A model generated the notes under the pieces. It was not told where the DNA came from. It saw nothing but the letters and a program-made list of their open reading frames with translations, and did no database searches. A program made the translations under genes and the position numbers. A stretch of DNA of 64,000 nt from Amphiscolops sp. MND2022 (Eukaryota): the NCBI GenBank assembly GCA_964187785.1, contig OZ076412.1:7316001-7380000 (forward strand). Reading direction: 5' to 3'. Numbering within the stretch: the first letter of the stretch is position 1; each line of letters begins with the position of its first letter. Positions 36,567-50,610 of the stretch are shown one piece after another.

Positions 36567-38274
36567 ATGCTGTGTATATGTGAATATTTACGTGTCCATC
36601 CATATGAGTATATTTATAAATATATATATTTGGGTTTAGTAATGGATGAGCAACAGTTTGTCGAAGCAACAGACATTGGATGTGTGAAAGATCGTTTCAC
36701 ACTTACTGTACTGGAGAAATTGAGAATTATCAAAAGCAGCTCGACCTAGCAGGATGTAGATTTCAGTTCAATCTGTCAAACCGGAAATGCTTCCTCGTTT
36801 TGCTGCTGCGGTTCTCGGGAAAATTAATGCGGGGGTGACGCTGACGTGAACAGCTAATACCTGATTTTGAATTTCAACTTGAAAATTATTGTGACTAATC
36901 TCCAAGATGACGACTTGAAATGAAGCTAGGAAAGAAAAAGTTCTTTAACATAGCTTAAAGTATAATTTATCCTCAACTTCAATTCAACGTAATAGCAAAA
37001 ATAATTAGGTGGACGTCTGTATGACGTTAGTTGGGCGCAACAATTATGAACACAAAACTTGACACAGAATTACAAAACAGCAAAACAGCTTTATTATCAA
37101 TCTTTATTGAACACGAATAGGAATTATTTTTGTATCAGCAACGGACAGTGAGCGACATTTAGCGATTAATGATGTATAATCCCCAATCGTTTCAAAATGC
37201 TCAACAATGTAGAAAAAGTTTGGTGGCGTCGTACCGACGTCAATTTGAAAGAATAGATGTACGAGTTGGTTATACACTAAGTAAGAATGTACAAATGTAC
37301 AAAAAAATCTTCAAGAAATGAAAATACATTCATTGAGTTACGCAATTTGAACTAAAGTGTGACTTTCATGTAGTAATGTCTAAAACATCTTAGTCTAAGA
37401 TATACTTACAAAAATCATTCCTAGTCCGTTGACATTCAGTCATATTTTTACTGTGTAAGTTAGACATTATATTGATGATTGTTTCATTCATTTTTTTATA
37501 GATGGCATACTCAGAACGTAAGATTAAACTGGAATTTGTCAGAGATTCCTTGCCAAAACGGTGTTTTCGTGAGCTCATGATCAGAACGCTTAACTTTATA
37601 AATAGTGAACGTAGTGCGGACGTAAATTCAGAACTAGACTCGGCTATTTAGCTAGGCAATGACGTCACTAGGATGTGACTAGGAATTTACTACCTATGCT
37701 GCTACGAAATTGTGACGTCATGGACAAAGAGTAATATTAGCCAGCGTAACTAGAGTTGCTTACTTAACGAGGTAATATCGTCCTACTTCACATCAATTGC
37801 TTTTCAAAGCGCAATTAAGTTGCTTTTCTCAGAATAGGCGTAATGTCTTGTTCTTTAAACTCCAAATGTGTTTTTCATTTTAAAATTAGCTACGATTTTT
37901 GCGAATGCTTATTCCAAATAAAATTTCGGGTAGAGAATGGATTTGGTCCAAGCGCGGTTTAAACGCCTTAGCGGAAATGTGTGAAATTATTCCGTTCTGT
38001 TCCTTTTAGATTTTAGTTTCCATCTTGGAGCATTTGGAATTTGGTTGCTGTTTTTCTCTCAAGTCACAGTTTTTTTCGCTAGAGTACTTTGTGAGTTCAA
38101 CATTACCAACTTGTTGATCTTGATGTACACCCATGGCCTCTTCCAAGGCTGATTGTTCTGCAGGTACAATCCAGACCGGGAGCCGGCTGCGACAACATGG
38201 GAAACGATATTTTTAAATCAATATTTTTCTCAAAGGAACTGTGTAAATTGAACAAACACTTTGAGTTTTTGATA

Positions 38275-38560
38275 ATCATGGTCTAGCGGTTAAAGTCGGC
38301 ACGGAATCTTTTTCAAGTCGAGATTTTTCAACCCAGAATTGTTGAGCTTTGAACAAATTGTTGCTTTCTAGCGAACTGGTATGGTCATGAGAAAAAGTTC
38401 AACTGCCATTTGGCGGAGAATACAAAAAAAAGAAACAGCGATAAGCTGTCAGAACTCATTGAGTACGCCACTTGAAAGTTATAACTTCTGGGTCGGCCAT
38501 CGCTTGATCACTTGGCTGCAATTATCGTATGGTATTCTCCGTGGATAAATAGCATCGGGA
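38275..38560 (+). mobile_element. Diverged copy of the tRNA-SINE-like family
   Basis: A-box TGGTCTAGCGG; TGGTATGGTCATGA and GTCAGAACT blocks shared with 8813-9125. Confidence 0.45.
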
Positions 38561-39331
38561 AATGGCACCGACTTAGAAATGCAGAATCGGGGAATCCCTC
38601 ACACCACGGAATCGGGGTTGAGAGTTGGCTCTTTTTCCTTTTCCCCTACACTTTCAAAGAAGAAAATTTAACATAAAGGATTATATATATTTGGCTACAT
38701 AGTTTAATACTTCTTCAAATGAATCTTTTCCTTTGTTTTGTTCCACATGAACTCACACAAGTAACTGTCTATGCGGACCCCGCCTCAATTGAGAGCAAAT
38801 TTATTGCTAAAACAATATCATCTAGAAAAGTGTGGGGAAAAAGAAAGTTCATGGGAGCTTTTTCTATTCTTTCCCAACTTTCGACTATTTTGTTCACCTA
38901 CTTTTCAATTTTGGATGTTTTTCTGGGTATGACTATCCACAGAGCTCGAAAACAAAACAATTAGCATCTTAACATAGTTTTCTATAGAACAAAATGGTTT
39001 TATTTGAAAAAATATGTTATGAATTTTACTGAAAATGGTCGGAATTTACAGTTTTTTGATGAGTTCGTGGCATGAGTACTTCTCGTTCAGCGAAACTTTG
39101 ACCGTTTTTTTCCAAAAAAAGGATAGGATGAAACGAAAAGTGGTAATCTGAAGGAAAAAGCAGAGTCAGAGTCCACGTAATCAACTTCAATTTCAGAATG
39201 ACTATTTACAATGTAAGTGGGAATGAAATAGCATCGTAGGTGTTCAACAAATCTACTTTAGATGTTTGTTACCTCAATTAGCATCATTATAATATAAGCC
39301 TAGATTGTTCGTGTGGTCGGTGACTTAAGTC

Positions 39332-40250
39332 TCAGAGAATCAGCCTAGATCCAGGTACATAGAAGGACTCCTTCCATAAGTTAGTGGCACCTTTGTTACG
39401 TAACTTCCTCTGGCATTTGCCACATCTGACCGGACATGCTTGATCCAGAAGAAGACAACCCGCTTCCAGTCTGTGTCGATTATCGTCCTCTTCTCGTTGC
39501 TGCTTCAGATGCATAGATCTCAGCCAATCAGCTTCGAGATTCCGTCTTTGGTTGAACTTCCGGTTCTGTCTGTTCACACATTCTTCACGCAGCTCGTTTT
39601 TCGCATCAGCCAACATCTCTTCTTCTTCTTTCTGGTTCAGCAAATCTCCTAGCAGCGCTTCCTTCTTCTTTTCTCTGGCAGCGCGTAGCAGATCTTCCTT
39701 CAATTCCTTTTCCCGGACTGCCCTTTCTTTCAGCTTTTCATCAGAACTGGCATCATGCAACCCAAAGATGGGTTTGTCCGAATCTGGAACCGCCTTTGGC
39801 AACTGCTCTGGAAGGTACTTCAACTGTGTTTCCAGAGCTCTCTGTAGCGCTGTCTTCTGTTCCTGTTTTTCCTTCAAATAAGCCTCCCTTTGGGCCGCAA
39901 GATCTTCGGCCAGCTGAATTTGTTCCAACTTCTCCAAAAACTCTTTGTCTTGTTTTATCTTGCGTTCTTTTTCCTGTTTAGTGCCTACTTGGTTGTTCAA
40001 CTCTTCGTAGTAGTTTGCTTGTCCAAAGTACTTGTGAGGAGTGTAGGGTCTTTGTTGCAGAAGAAATGACGGGTGGTAGTCAGCCCTTTTGGCTCTTTCT
40101 TCTTTCACTGCGTCTGCCACGCCCAAATTGAAGGCCGAGATGCTTTTATGCAAGTTTTTCGTGTCCATCATTTTTTCCTGCTCTTTCAGAATCGCTTCAG
40201 TGTCTCTCAAATGTTGATACTGAGCCAGAAGTTTGTCTTCTTCTTCCAAC
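39332..40250 (-). CDS. CCDC81: Coiled-coil domain-containing protein 81, exon 2
   Basis: Coiled-coil ORF ending LLLDQACPVRCGKCQRKLRNKGATNLWKESFYVPGSRLIL, like the CCDC81 C-terminus. Acceptor TTGTTTTAG|G. Confidence 0.85.
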
Positions 40251-41504
40251 CTAAAACAAGACGGGATGACTCAAGTCGGCTCTACACTTGAAGTGCAAAG
40301 GCGCAAAGTTTAAAAAATATGCTCAGCACTTTTTTATGAAAAACTCACATAAAAGTGTCGAAACACCGAAAGGGTGCCTTTCGTGCTTGAAAACGCTTCA
40401 GAAGTTCGGATATAGCGTGCCGGGCCACATGGGACCGCTTTTTCCGAACCTCGTCCTCCTCTCTACCAAGATGCAATTTGGTTGAAATATAACATCGTAG
40501 TTCTTATTTAGCGCCATTTTTTCAAACTTCTACTTCCTCCTTAGTAAAAAATACTACGGAAATAACGTCAAATGCTTGGATAGTATTGAAAAAAATTTTT
40601 AGGTGAATATTTTTCGAGAAAATCTAATTTCAGACGAAAAATGAGTTTGAAACAAGCTCACAGTGCCCAAAAGCGCAAAAACGACCCTTTGGGTTTTTTA
40701 ATCATCCAGTTGGGTGCAGAAACTTTTTTTTTAAAAAAAACAAAGGACCCTTTGGCAATATCAAAAAATTCTAGGAGAAAACGTCTGACCGAATCAAACC
40801 GGAGTTCTCTAGTAACGAAAAAAGCTTTAAAAATTATGGTACTCGAAAGTTTTAAGGTACCCTTTGGAGCACCCTTTCTTTGGAGTATGCTTTCTTTGGA
40901 GTATGCTTTCTGGCGATGTAGGAAGGCCTAGATAAATTCTGTAAGAAGGTCTGTGGTCTGGTGAAAAAAAGGTCACTGTGAGAGTCGAGCATTTTTTGTT
41001 TCACAGAAAGCGTCGACTAAAATATGAGATCATTGGTTAAGACCGGGTTATTTACCGCCCTGCATATTGAATTATTAAATGAACGTAGCGCTACTGGCTG
41101 GGCTCTTCCGGACCGTCTGTCACGACCAGACTTGGAACCGGGCCGGAATTTCTAAGCCCGGGCCATCTGGCCAGGTCAATGGTTCTGAAACATATACTAA
41201 CTTTTGTGAAATGAATTCAACTCTTCAAACTAAAACCTACTCTAATAGTATTTAACTTTCTGTTTTGGAAAGAGAATTTACTTTTAAAAAATTTTACAGT
41301 CTTAGATTTTTTTAAGAAATTTGCTTTCTAAAATGTTGGTGGGGGGTGCGCACAGAAAAGAGCCGAATATGTTTATCATAAGACTTTCATCTACTGACTA
41401 ATCGTACCTAACTCCAATGAAAAATTGGCTTCAAAATGGTGTGGAGAACTGTCCTCAAGAAACTGTTAAAAGTGCAATATTGAGAAAGAAGTTTCTTGGT
41501 TGGA

Positions 41505-41785
41505 ATCTCTATCAACTCACCATTGTTGGGCCTTAAGCAAGTCCTTCATCCCTAGCTTAGTGGTGTGGTAAATGACAAAAAATGACGCATTCGGCGGAAA
41601 AAGGCAAACATAAAAAGAGCAACGGTGAGCAGTCAGATCTTTGTGACCTTGAGCAAGTTGCTTTGAAATCACAGCTTCAAGCGGACCATTGCTTGACCAT
41701 TTGGCTGCAACTATCCGAAAGGGCGCTGACACAGAAAAGCAGAAGTGATTATTCGGCGTCTACCCCGCGGGATTGGAAAAATGAA
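41505..41785 (+). mobile_element. SINE-like body inside the CCDC81 intron
   Basis: Aligns by eye with 8875-9125. Confidence 0.7.
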
Positions 41786-42777
41786 CGTTCTTCTTCTTTC
41801 CCGACAGAAACAGTCCATTTCATAAGTGGCATGAAAAGGATAACTCTCAGCCAAATTCTATTAAGTTCAAGTACCTGCTACTACTTTTGATGTCATGAAG
41901 CTTACCATATATATGATGAAGTAACTGTTGCTTAGTTGATGATACAGCTTAGATCTTTTGATACAAGCATACCATTTATCTTCGAACTGTTTTAATTGAA
42001 CTTATTAATCCTCTTCTCCTCAGAATACTTTATCATAAGTAAGTGGACCATTTGAAAATTAGAAGCAGGAAACGGCCTCAAGTCGGCGCCCCGCTCAAGG
42101 CTCAAAAAAGCAAAAGGACTTTAAAAAAGTGTCAAGTACTCTCTACCACAGTACCCGAAAAACCGAAAGGGACTGAAACTGAGAGACCGAACTGACGCCC
42201 TAAAAGGTGTACCCGGGTTTCCTTCCCATACAAAAACAGGTCAATCATACTCTGCCATCATACTCACAGTATGATTCCAGGCTGATCATACTTTGGACCA
42301 TAAAGGTTTATGGTTCCAGGCTGACCATACTCTGGACATATATGGTACAGTCTATGATCAGCCTGGAACCATAAAAAAGCAAAGTTCTATAGACAACATT
42401 TCTGTTGCAAAATGTCAAAAATTGAAGGGGCCACCTTGAAGACATTCAAGAAATTCTCAAAAAAACGTCTCACAGTGCCGAACGAAAATTGAAAGGGGGA
42501 CCCTTTAGTCTTGTCCGGTTTTGTATATCACGCTAAAAAAGTAATAGCTATTATAGTTCAGTTCCCTAGGCCAAATGGTACGATTTGGCCTTTTAAAATT
42601 TTGTAAAACTTTCAGCAGAACTAGTTTGATCAGTTCATGTGTATTGAAAAGAACAAAGGGTCACTCTTATAGTCGCGTTTCACTTCTTGAAGCGCCAACT
42701 GAAAAGTGAAGTACTGGTTTATTCTCACAACGTTGAGCCATTCATCGTGATAATCTACAGTGAAAACTCCTTCCAAC

Positions 42778-43916
42778 CTTTTTTGACGCTCCTTTGAGAA
42801 ATCGACCGGCTGGTTTCTTACTTCTCGTTGGTGGCACAGGTAACAAATATCCAGGTCCGCACTGACTCGGTGTCCGCATTCGGAAGAAGCCGCTGATTGA
42901 GGAGGCACCTTGTCTGCTGAACGAGATGTCACGTTTTTGGAGTTATGGCCCATCAAGTTCGGAGATGTTAGGGATCTTTTCAAACCAAACCCATTGGGAA
43001 GTTTAGCCGTGGCAGATTTCGGGGTGTCCTGGACAGCAGGCAAAGGCAAATCGGCTTTCAATTGGTCATGCTGAAAGTTAACCCCATTCGCGTTTGAATC
43101 CAGGTTTGCAGCGGCTAGATCCATCTTACTGGTTTCTAGGCTCTCTTTAGGAGACGCAACCGCGTTCTGTTCAAGCCGTGGGGTCTGTTCGAAATCTTCA
43201 TTGATAGCAGGAAGCTTGGGTTCTTTCAGCTGTCTTGTTATTGCGACACTTGGCAGAATCAGGGTCGCCGTTCCGGGTCGAGATGTCATGGGTCGATCGG
43301 TCATAACCGAGTCAGGGGTGAAAGGTCGGTCAACCATTGTTTGCAGAACGTCTCGGCTGTCGTCCAAAGACCCGATGAACTCTTTGAAAAAACGCATTTT
43401 CACTTTTTTGTCTCTGATTGTTAACCGCCCTAGACCCGCAAAAACGAACTCAATGTTTCCATTATCCGCCACACTTCTACTCAACCAAGTTAGAACCTCC
43501 CTGGCACAAGTTTCCACGGTTTCCCTGGGGTAAGGACTCTCAAATGCAATGGCTGCGAAGTTTAGAGGCACCACTGAAATTTCCCCAGTCTGGTATTGCT
43601 TCTGAGAGGGTAAATTATGTTGCATGACAAACTTCTCGGAAACCACAAACGCAGGTCTGTGAATTGCCCGGCTTGTTTTCTTACCAGTTGAAACGCTTTT
43701 CTGGCTGAATGTAAACGTGCCTAGCCCATTGATGTGAACTCCTTTTTTCTGACGTAACTGTTTGATTATGTAATCGGAAATGTAAGTCCAGATATTAGCA
43801 ATGTCGTCATCGGATAAATTGTGCAGCGAACTTTGCTTGGGTTTTGCGCAGTCTCTCAAAATGTCCATTGGACGTCCGGTGTCCAAACTATCTAATTTAT
43901 GTGCTTCCGGACTCAT
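42778..43916 (-). CDS. CCDC81: Coiled-coil domain-containing protein 81, exon 1 (two HU-like domains); spliced product 685 aa
   Basis: IWTYISDYIIKQLRQKKGVHINGLGTFTF, VPLNFAAIA, FAGLGRLTIRDKKVKMRFFKEFI and CYLCHQR motifs. Donor AG|GT at 42778/42777 is in phase with exon 2. Confidence 0.85.
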
Positions 43917-44784
43917 TTGGAATAACGCCTCCTACAAATACCTGTACTAGCCGGAGGAAATTTTTGCAGAGAAAATAGTACTGGAGCTTTGAGATGAATA
44001 TTTAATCAAGCCGTGAACGGCGCATCAAATTTGCATATCGCTGCTTTAAGCCGGCTTTAAGCAGTTTTTGTTCAAATGTACAGATAAATGTGCTTAATGT
44101 GATGAAAAAGAATCGTTTCAACGCAGCTGACAGAAAAAAGCGTGGTAAACCGAGCTTAGCAACAACGCATCAGCTAAAATGACGTAAAGTCAGATGGTAT
44201 AAAATGGTATTCAAAAATGGCCGACTAGCCTTTCACCAAAACAGAGCCGTATTATAGTGCTTGCTTTCATAAAGCCAATTCAAGCACCTATTTCCAACAA
44301 AAGAACGCTTCTTTTCAGTATTTTCAGCTTCCTTTTTTTCTACAATTTTTCTGACATCAATCAAGCCTTTAGTTCCAAGTATATTCATTCCAGGGAAAAT
44401 TCTCACTTATGGAGCCTAATACCTGGAGCTTTTCGAAAACAACTTTCTGAATTTTGATCACAGATCCATAGACTTGATTTCATCAATTTCATTTCTTGAT
44501 ACTGAAGATGAATGCCATTTTAGAAAGGCGGTCAAGAATTTTTAACAAGTTTTTCCCACTCCAAAGGACACTACGTCAAAAACACCAATAAATTTTTCAA
44601 TTTCTTGTCTTTAGAAATATTCTTTTTACCCCAGATTTTTCTTATAAAAACCCCTCTGCTGTAAAAAAAAATGTGATTGAGTAAAATAACGTCATCCATC
44701 AAATTTCTTCATCGTTTTTTTTAGCATCAGTTGATTAAAAAAATAGAAAGAGCATCATGTTAGGAAACTTGTTATGAAATGAGA

Positions 44785-45049
44785 GCCTGAAAAAATGAAA
44801 AAGCTGCTGATAAAACATCTATGTTGACAAATAGTCACGGGTGATATAGCCAATTGGGTTTCTAATGACTATTTGGGTTCTAGGACATTACGCCCAAGGA
44901 CAATACGCCCAATAATTATACATGCAACAACATTTCAAATTAATGGGCGTAATGTCAGCTTTGGGCGTAATGTCTTTGGGCGTAATGTCCGGACACCGAC
45001 TGTTTGTCAACATTGATGTATTTTTTAGCAGCGTTTTCATTTTTCAGGC
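44785..45049. mobile_element. Foldback/MITE-like element with ~50-bp inverted arms and GGACATTACGCCC motifs
   Basis: GCCTGAAAAAATGAAAA...GTTGACAAATAGTC versus GACTGTTTGTCAAC...TTTTCATTTTTCAGGC. Confidence 0.65.
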
Positions 45050-46834
45050 AATTTAACGTTCGCAATTCATAACTTTGAGGTTCCTAAAAAAACTGGTCGG
45101 TCAATCGCATACTGTTGGGTCTTTTCTTATACTTTTTCAACTTATACTTTTTGGGTCTTTTTCAACTTACCCTGGTTGAAACGGCTTGATTTGGTTTTAG
45201 TGGTCGCGACAATGAGGAGTGGAAATGTTTTCAGTTTCAACTGAAATATTGGAAGCTGCATTGTAAACTTACAAAATTTTTCCATGTGTGCTCCCTGAAT
45301 TTTCCATGTTTTGTAAAATATTAGCCAGCATGTTTCCGTGCAGCATGTAAATAGTTCAAGCAATCTCGACTAGGGTGTTTTCATGCTTAACCTTAACAAC
45401 AACGGGCGACTGGATATTATTCACAGAAAAGGAATATCTGTAACCCAAGTTGGAAAAAATTTTTTTTGAAAGTTCTCACAAATAATTTTGTCAAATTTTG
45501 CAAGAAAATACATTGTTTGACAAGATTCATTGTTAAACTCTTACACGATTCACGTAACTTTTACAAGTTGCAACTGAAAACGATTTAGAGTATGAAATAT
45601 TTTCACTCAAGTTACTAATTTAAACTTCGCTGACTTGTTTCAAGTGACTTTACAATTATTATTTCCAATTCGATTTCCAAAACAATTTAGATTCCTATCT
45701 TCGAAAAACGAAGCAAATACTACAAATTTCAGAAAGCTTCAGTGGAACGAATATCTTTCAAAATTCAGATGCTGACAATATGTTGAAAAATTTGTTCTAA
45801 AGAATTGGGCATTGCACTTTCTTGAATTTTCGGTTGGAACAAAAATAGATTACTATAAGTTTACTACAAAAGGGCTATACTTATCTTAGAAGAATACTTA
45901 CAAGATTACTTACTATAAGATAACTCTACTATCCGGAAGTTACCTTAAATTTTCTTTGTAGTAAAAAAAACTGCGGGCAAAGTAAGAAGTTGTATCCTAT
46001 TGGAAATTTTTCATCTTCTATAAGTTTATGCTAAGTTAATTTGATTGAGCTCGAAAAGAATGAGCTGAACATAATATTTTGAAAGCAATCAAGAAAAGTT
46101 AAGCACGATCTATTTTCGGTAACTGAATTATAAAATTTTGAATTATATCCCTGAAGTTTTGAAGCACATAGCAAATAGAATCACCTTTATCCCAACAACA
46201 TCCGCAATAGTGTAGGAAATAAACTGAAGTTTTATTTGAAAAAAAACGAATTGGATAAAAACAAAAAGAGCTTTGATTTCTGCAATCGTTCCAGTTATTT
46301 GAAAATCGAAAAACAAACATTCTAGAGGTTTGTTGGGCACTTGAAGTGTCCCTAGTGGAAACTACAGGAACTTTTTACATGCTGCAGACATGCATGCAGG
46401 GTAATTGTTTGTAAAACCTACAAAATTCAATGAATTTCGGGCGGTAAATCATGTACAATTACACTGCATCTTCCACTACTGCATTTAAATTTGAAAATAA
46501 ATTCCACATCATTACCGACACGATCACTTTGTATTTACACTTTGTTTTCTCAATTACTCATCTGATGTGATCACCGCTTCCCAAATATCACGCTAAACAT
46601 GACCCTAATTTGCAGTTTGCTAGGCGACTGAAGTTATTCTGCATTAAATTAGCGTTAAACGTGATAGCAACGTAATTGCTTTTAAAATTATAGCTGCTGC
46701 TGCATGAAACCTGCAAAACTTCAATGCTTAAAAATGTCACCAAACTTTGATGAATCTTTCAAGCAGCTTGATAAAAGTGGATTACAACAGATAAATATTT
46801 TCGCATCAAAGTTTCCGTAGGCATTTTAGAACAT

Positions 46835-47574
46835 TGTAACGTCCGACTAGCGGCGCACATCTAGGAAGAGAACAATGCCAAGGTGCTTAAACAGGAGACC
46901 GTTGTATTACTACATCCCTAGACACTAGTTTTTGTTCTCAAAATGGTCTCATAGGGGGGCTTTTCTTGCGTCTAAGGAGGCTTCTCTAGTTAGAGCTTCG
47001 AGGCGACGTGCCGGCACTCTCAAAGTCCGGACACGCCCCAAAAGCCTGTAAGAACAATCCTAAGGTTTCTAACGTGTTCCCGCAACTCCTACATACTTCC
47101 GAGGCCAAAACCAGAGGTTTGTTCAAAATGCATTTTATTAGGGGAAGAAGTTCTAAAATACAGATCTAGTAGATTGAACATCACCAAATACCTGCAAAAA
47201 CCACAAATACAGTACAATAGACTAGGAAAACATCAGGCGTCAGTGTCAGCGCGTCTTGGGCTTGCGCAGTGGCACATGCAAACAATGCAAACTTCTGAGT
47301 TTCTTCATCTTTTGGGCCATTTTTTTGGGTTTCGCTGTTATCTGGGACGTCTTCCTAGGGTGATGGCACCGCACTGCGATTTCGGGGTTACTTCTATGGC
47401 GGGCTGTTCTCTCTCGGGCTGGGTCTGGCTCTGTTCTGCCTTTATTTTGCTTCCTTTACGGTTTTCGTACCTGCCGGGTCGGCCATCTTGATTGTGGTTG
47501 TTTGATACAGCACATTTCGTATTTCTGATCGAAAATTTCAAAAACTTCTGCAACGTCCTTTGCCTGACGTTACA
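46835..47574 (-). mobile_element. Solo LTR, same family as 54803-55551
   Basis: TGTAACGTC...GACGTTACA termini; reverse-complement homology to 54803-55551. The TSD is only an imperfect AACAT/AATCAT. Confidence 0.8.
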
Positions 47575-48165
47575 AATCATAATAAAAGTTGCTGGCAATA
47601 TTAAATTACATGCAAACCGTTCAAGCAGTTTCAACAAGGGGTTGGTTTGCGGATAACAAAAACCTTCCTAATTTCATTTTAAATTGATAGTATTTACTAC
47701 TGGATTGACATGTGGGACATCATTTCAGCCAATTAATAAACATTTGTCACTTGTATTTTTTGTCTATTTAATAGATACTACCTCATTTCTTGAAGACATT
47801 CAACTGTTTCAAATCGAGAAAATTGGTATTGAATGTTTTTTGATAAGAGGTTTTCTATTGTTTCATTTCATTTACCATCTTATCTTAATACATATGACAC
47901 AGCCTCCCCCAGGCACACCTTGTTCCTTATTTCCCAACAACACAAAAGCAAGTTTTTATAAATTGGCCCAAGAAATTTTTTGCTTCTTAAAAAATGAAAT
48001 AAACGATCTTGGACGATTGTCTCTGTAGTTGTTTCGACACTTGAAGCAAAAACAATCAGGATTTTTAAAATGTTTTTTGGACGAAGACGCATTCTGGAAC
48101 AAACCAATATTGTATAGGAAAGCCATTATTTCAACGCAAAGTTTCTCTGCCATAGATTAAAATGA

Positions 48166-49385
48166 ACAAGCCGGGAACGGCCCAAGTCGGCGCCATATCT
48201 AAGGCTCAAAAGGACTCGTAAACGAAAACCACTTTTTATACAACTGGAGACAACAAAAGCTCTCAGAAAAGAATTTTTTTGAATTTTTTTGAAGTTTCCG
48301 GTAAGTCGCATAGTGCCGAAAAATGTAAAAGGGGGGACGCTTTGGGATTTTTTGAACATCCATTCTGTTGCAAAATATCAAAAATTGATGGGAGGAACAA
48401 AAAAATTCGGAAAAAAATTAGTCTCACAGTGCCGAAAAAAAAGAGGAAAGTCTCATAGTGTCGAAAAAAGTGGACCCTTCTGCTTTGGAATGGCTTTTTA
48501 TCTCATGTTAGAGGCTTTGGATGCGTTGAAAATGAAGTACTAAGTACATATGATAAAAGTTGGTAAATGTGCAATAATGCACGAAAAGTGGACGTTTCGC
48601 GTTGAACTGACGAAAAAAACTAGCCACTGTGACTTAGTGTAAAATGTACAATTATGTCGATATCAATGGTTATTTGCCGTCCGTATGGTGGGAAAAGAAA
48701 ATATTCGAAGCAACTGCACTTTTTCCTAAAATTTACCATGTTCCGAATTGATATCCAAATACCAGGATATCATCCATAGAATTCAACTAACACAAAATTA
48801 ATTTCATGTGATATGTATTTAAAGAGATTTTTGAAGTTTGTTTTGGATATGATCAAAATGACCCCATAATCACACAAAAATAACCCCAAAAATGAAAACA
48901 AATAGCAAACTCTTCCGATGTTTAACGTTTATGCAGTTTTTTATCTAGTTTTCGATAGACTCCTTGGCTCAGAATAATTTCCGACCGGGAAAGAATTCGT
49001 TGTTGAGGAGAATTTATGAAACGTTGAATGCAGTTTTTATTAGAACAAGCCGGGAACGGCCCAAGTCAGCGCCATATCTAAGGCTCAAAAATAGCAAAAG
49101 GACTTCAATATGTCAAGAAATTGGTGAGTTGGGGAAAAAAGTTTCACAATGCCGAAAAAAACTGAAAGGGAGGACCCTTTGGTCTCGCCCGGTATGGTAT
49201 GTTACGCGGGAAAACAGAAAAAACCTTTTTGGTTCAGTTCGCTAGGCCAAATGGTGCAATTTGGTGCAATAATATTTTGTAGAACTTTTGTAGAACTATT
49301 TTGGTCAGTTCACGTGGTCTTAAAAAACACTGACGAAAAGCCATCACGATAGTCGACTCTTTTCTAAAGAAAAGCGCCGACTAAA
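48166..49385 (+). repeat. Two more AACAAGCCGGGAACGG... repeat copies (~48166-48630, ~49045-49385)
   Basis: Near-identical heads and tails to 201-683. Confidence 0.8.
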
Positions 49386-50164
49386 AAAGCATCCAGTTGA
49401 CCCCTAAAACAAAAAAAATCCAAAATTTTCTGTTCGTGAAAAGACGAAGAACTTTTTTGGTAAGAAAATTATTCAAATTGGCACCAAAGTTGAGGAACTC
49501 GTTTTTGTCGTTTTGTAAGCAATTTGTGTACATTTTCCAGAGGATTTCATAGATTAAATATTCAAACCTTCAAAATCGAACCAACGGGCTATAGAGTACG
49601 TGTTTTTGAAGAGAAGAAGATAACGTTTAAAGTTTTTCTTCAAAAATATTTCAGAATGATCTCCTTGTGTCGAACAATCGAACGTTCTTATGCAAATTTT
49701 GTGAAATTTTTCGAACATTCCGGGGGTTAAAATGTAAAAATGTTCAACAACGATTGCACTTGACATCCACATGGATTGTTTGAAGAAATACTTCCCGTTG
49801 TGTTTCACAAAAAGCCTCAAATTGACTCGAAAGAAGTCAAAATCTTTGAACATTGTTTAATTTTGACAGTTTCAGTGAACTTTTGAAGAAAGTTTCGTCA
49901 CCTCTAGAAGAGATAACAAGTTTATCACTACGACTTTTGAAAGGACACTTCTGCAGTTCTCTATGTAGAATCATTACTCAAACAGACCATAAGAGGTCGA
50001 AAATGCAAAAATATTCCGTAGTTTGAATTTTTTTGGAAACTTTGTGGACTTTTCGAGAAGTTTTGTAGGTTCAAAACAGAAGAAACGCGTTATCCAGTAG
50101 ATTTTCTGAAAGCCAATTGTGTTTCTTGTTAGAAAAAGACCCGAAAATGCAGAACAACTCAAAG

Positions 50165-50610
50165 TTTTTTAGTTGGCGCTTTTCTAGAGAAAAGAGTCGA
50201 CTATAGTCATGGCTTTTCGTCAGTGTTTTTTTAAAGACCACCTGAACTCACCAAAATAGTTCTACCAAAAATTCTACAAAATTTCAAATTTCACCTGTTG
50301 GACCAGGGAACAGAACCAAAAAGTTTCCCGTATAACATACAATGCCGGACGAGACCCCCCTTTCAGTTTTTTCGGCATTGCGAGACTTTTTTTCTGAATT
50401 TTTTTCCAAAGGGTCCCCTTTTTTTTGGGTTTTGCGACAGACTGGGTATAGGAAAATCCCAAAGGGTCCCCCTTTCAATTTTTTTCGGCGTTGTGAGACT
50501 TTTCAAAAAAAATTTTTAGTGCTGTAGAAGAGAATACTTTGAAACTTTGATGTCTTTTTGCTATTTTTGAGCCTTGGATATGGCGCCGACTTGGGCCGGT
50601 CCCGGCTTGT
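50165..50610 (-). repeat. Reverse copy of the same HINE-like repeat
   Basis: Reverse complement matches 201-683. Confidence 0.8.

Noticed and set aside
42630-42777. C-terminal extension of the 428-aa ORF (VFTVDYH...IHMN)
   Set aside because: Read-through into the intron; CCDC81 similarity continues in exon 2 and the tail overlaps repeat DNA.
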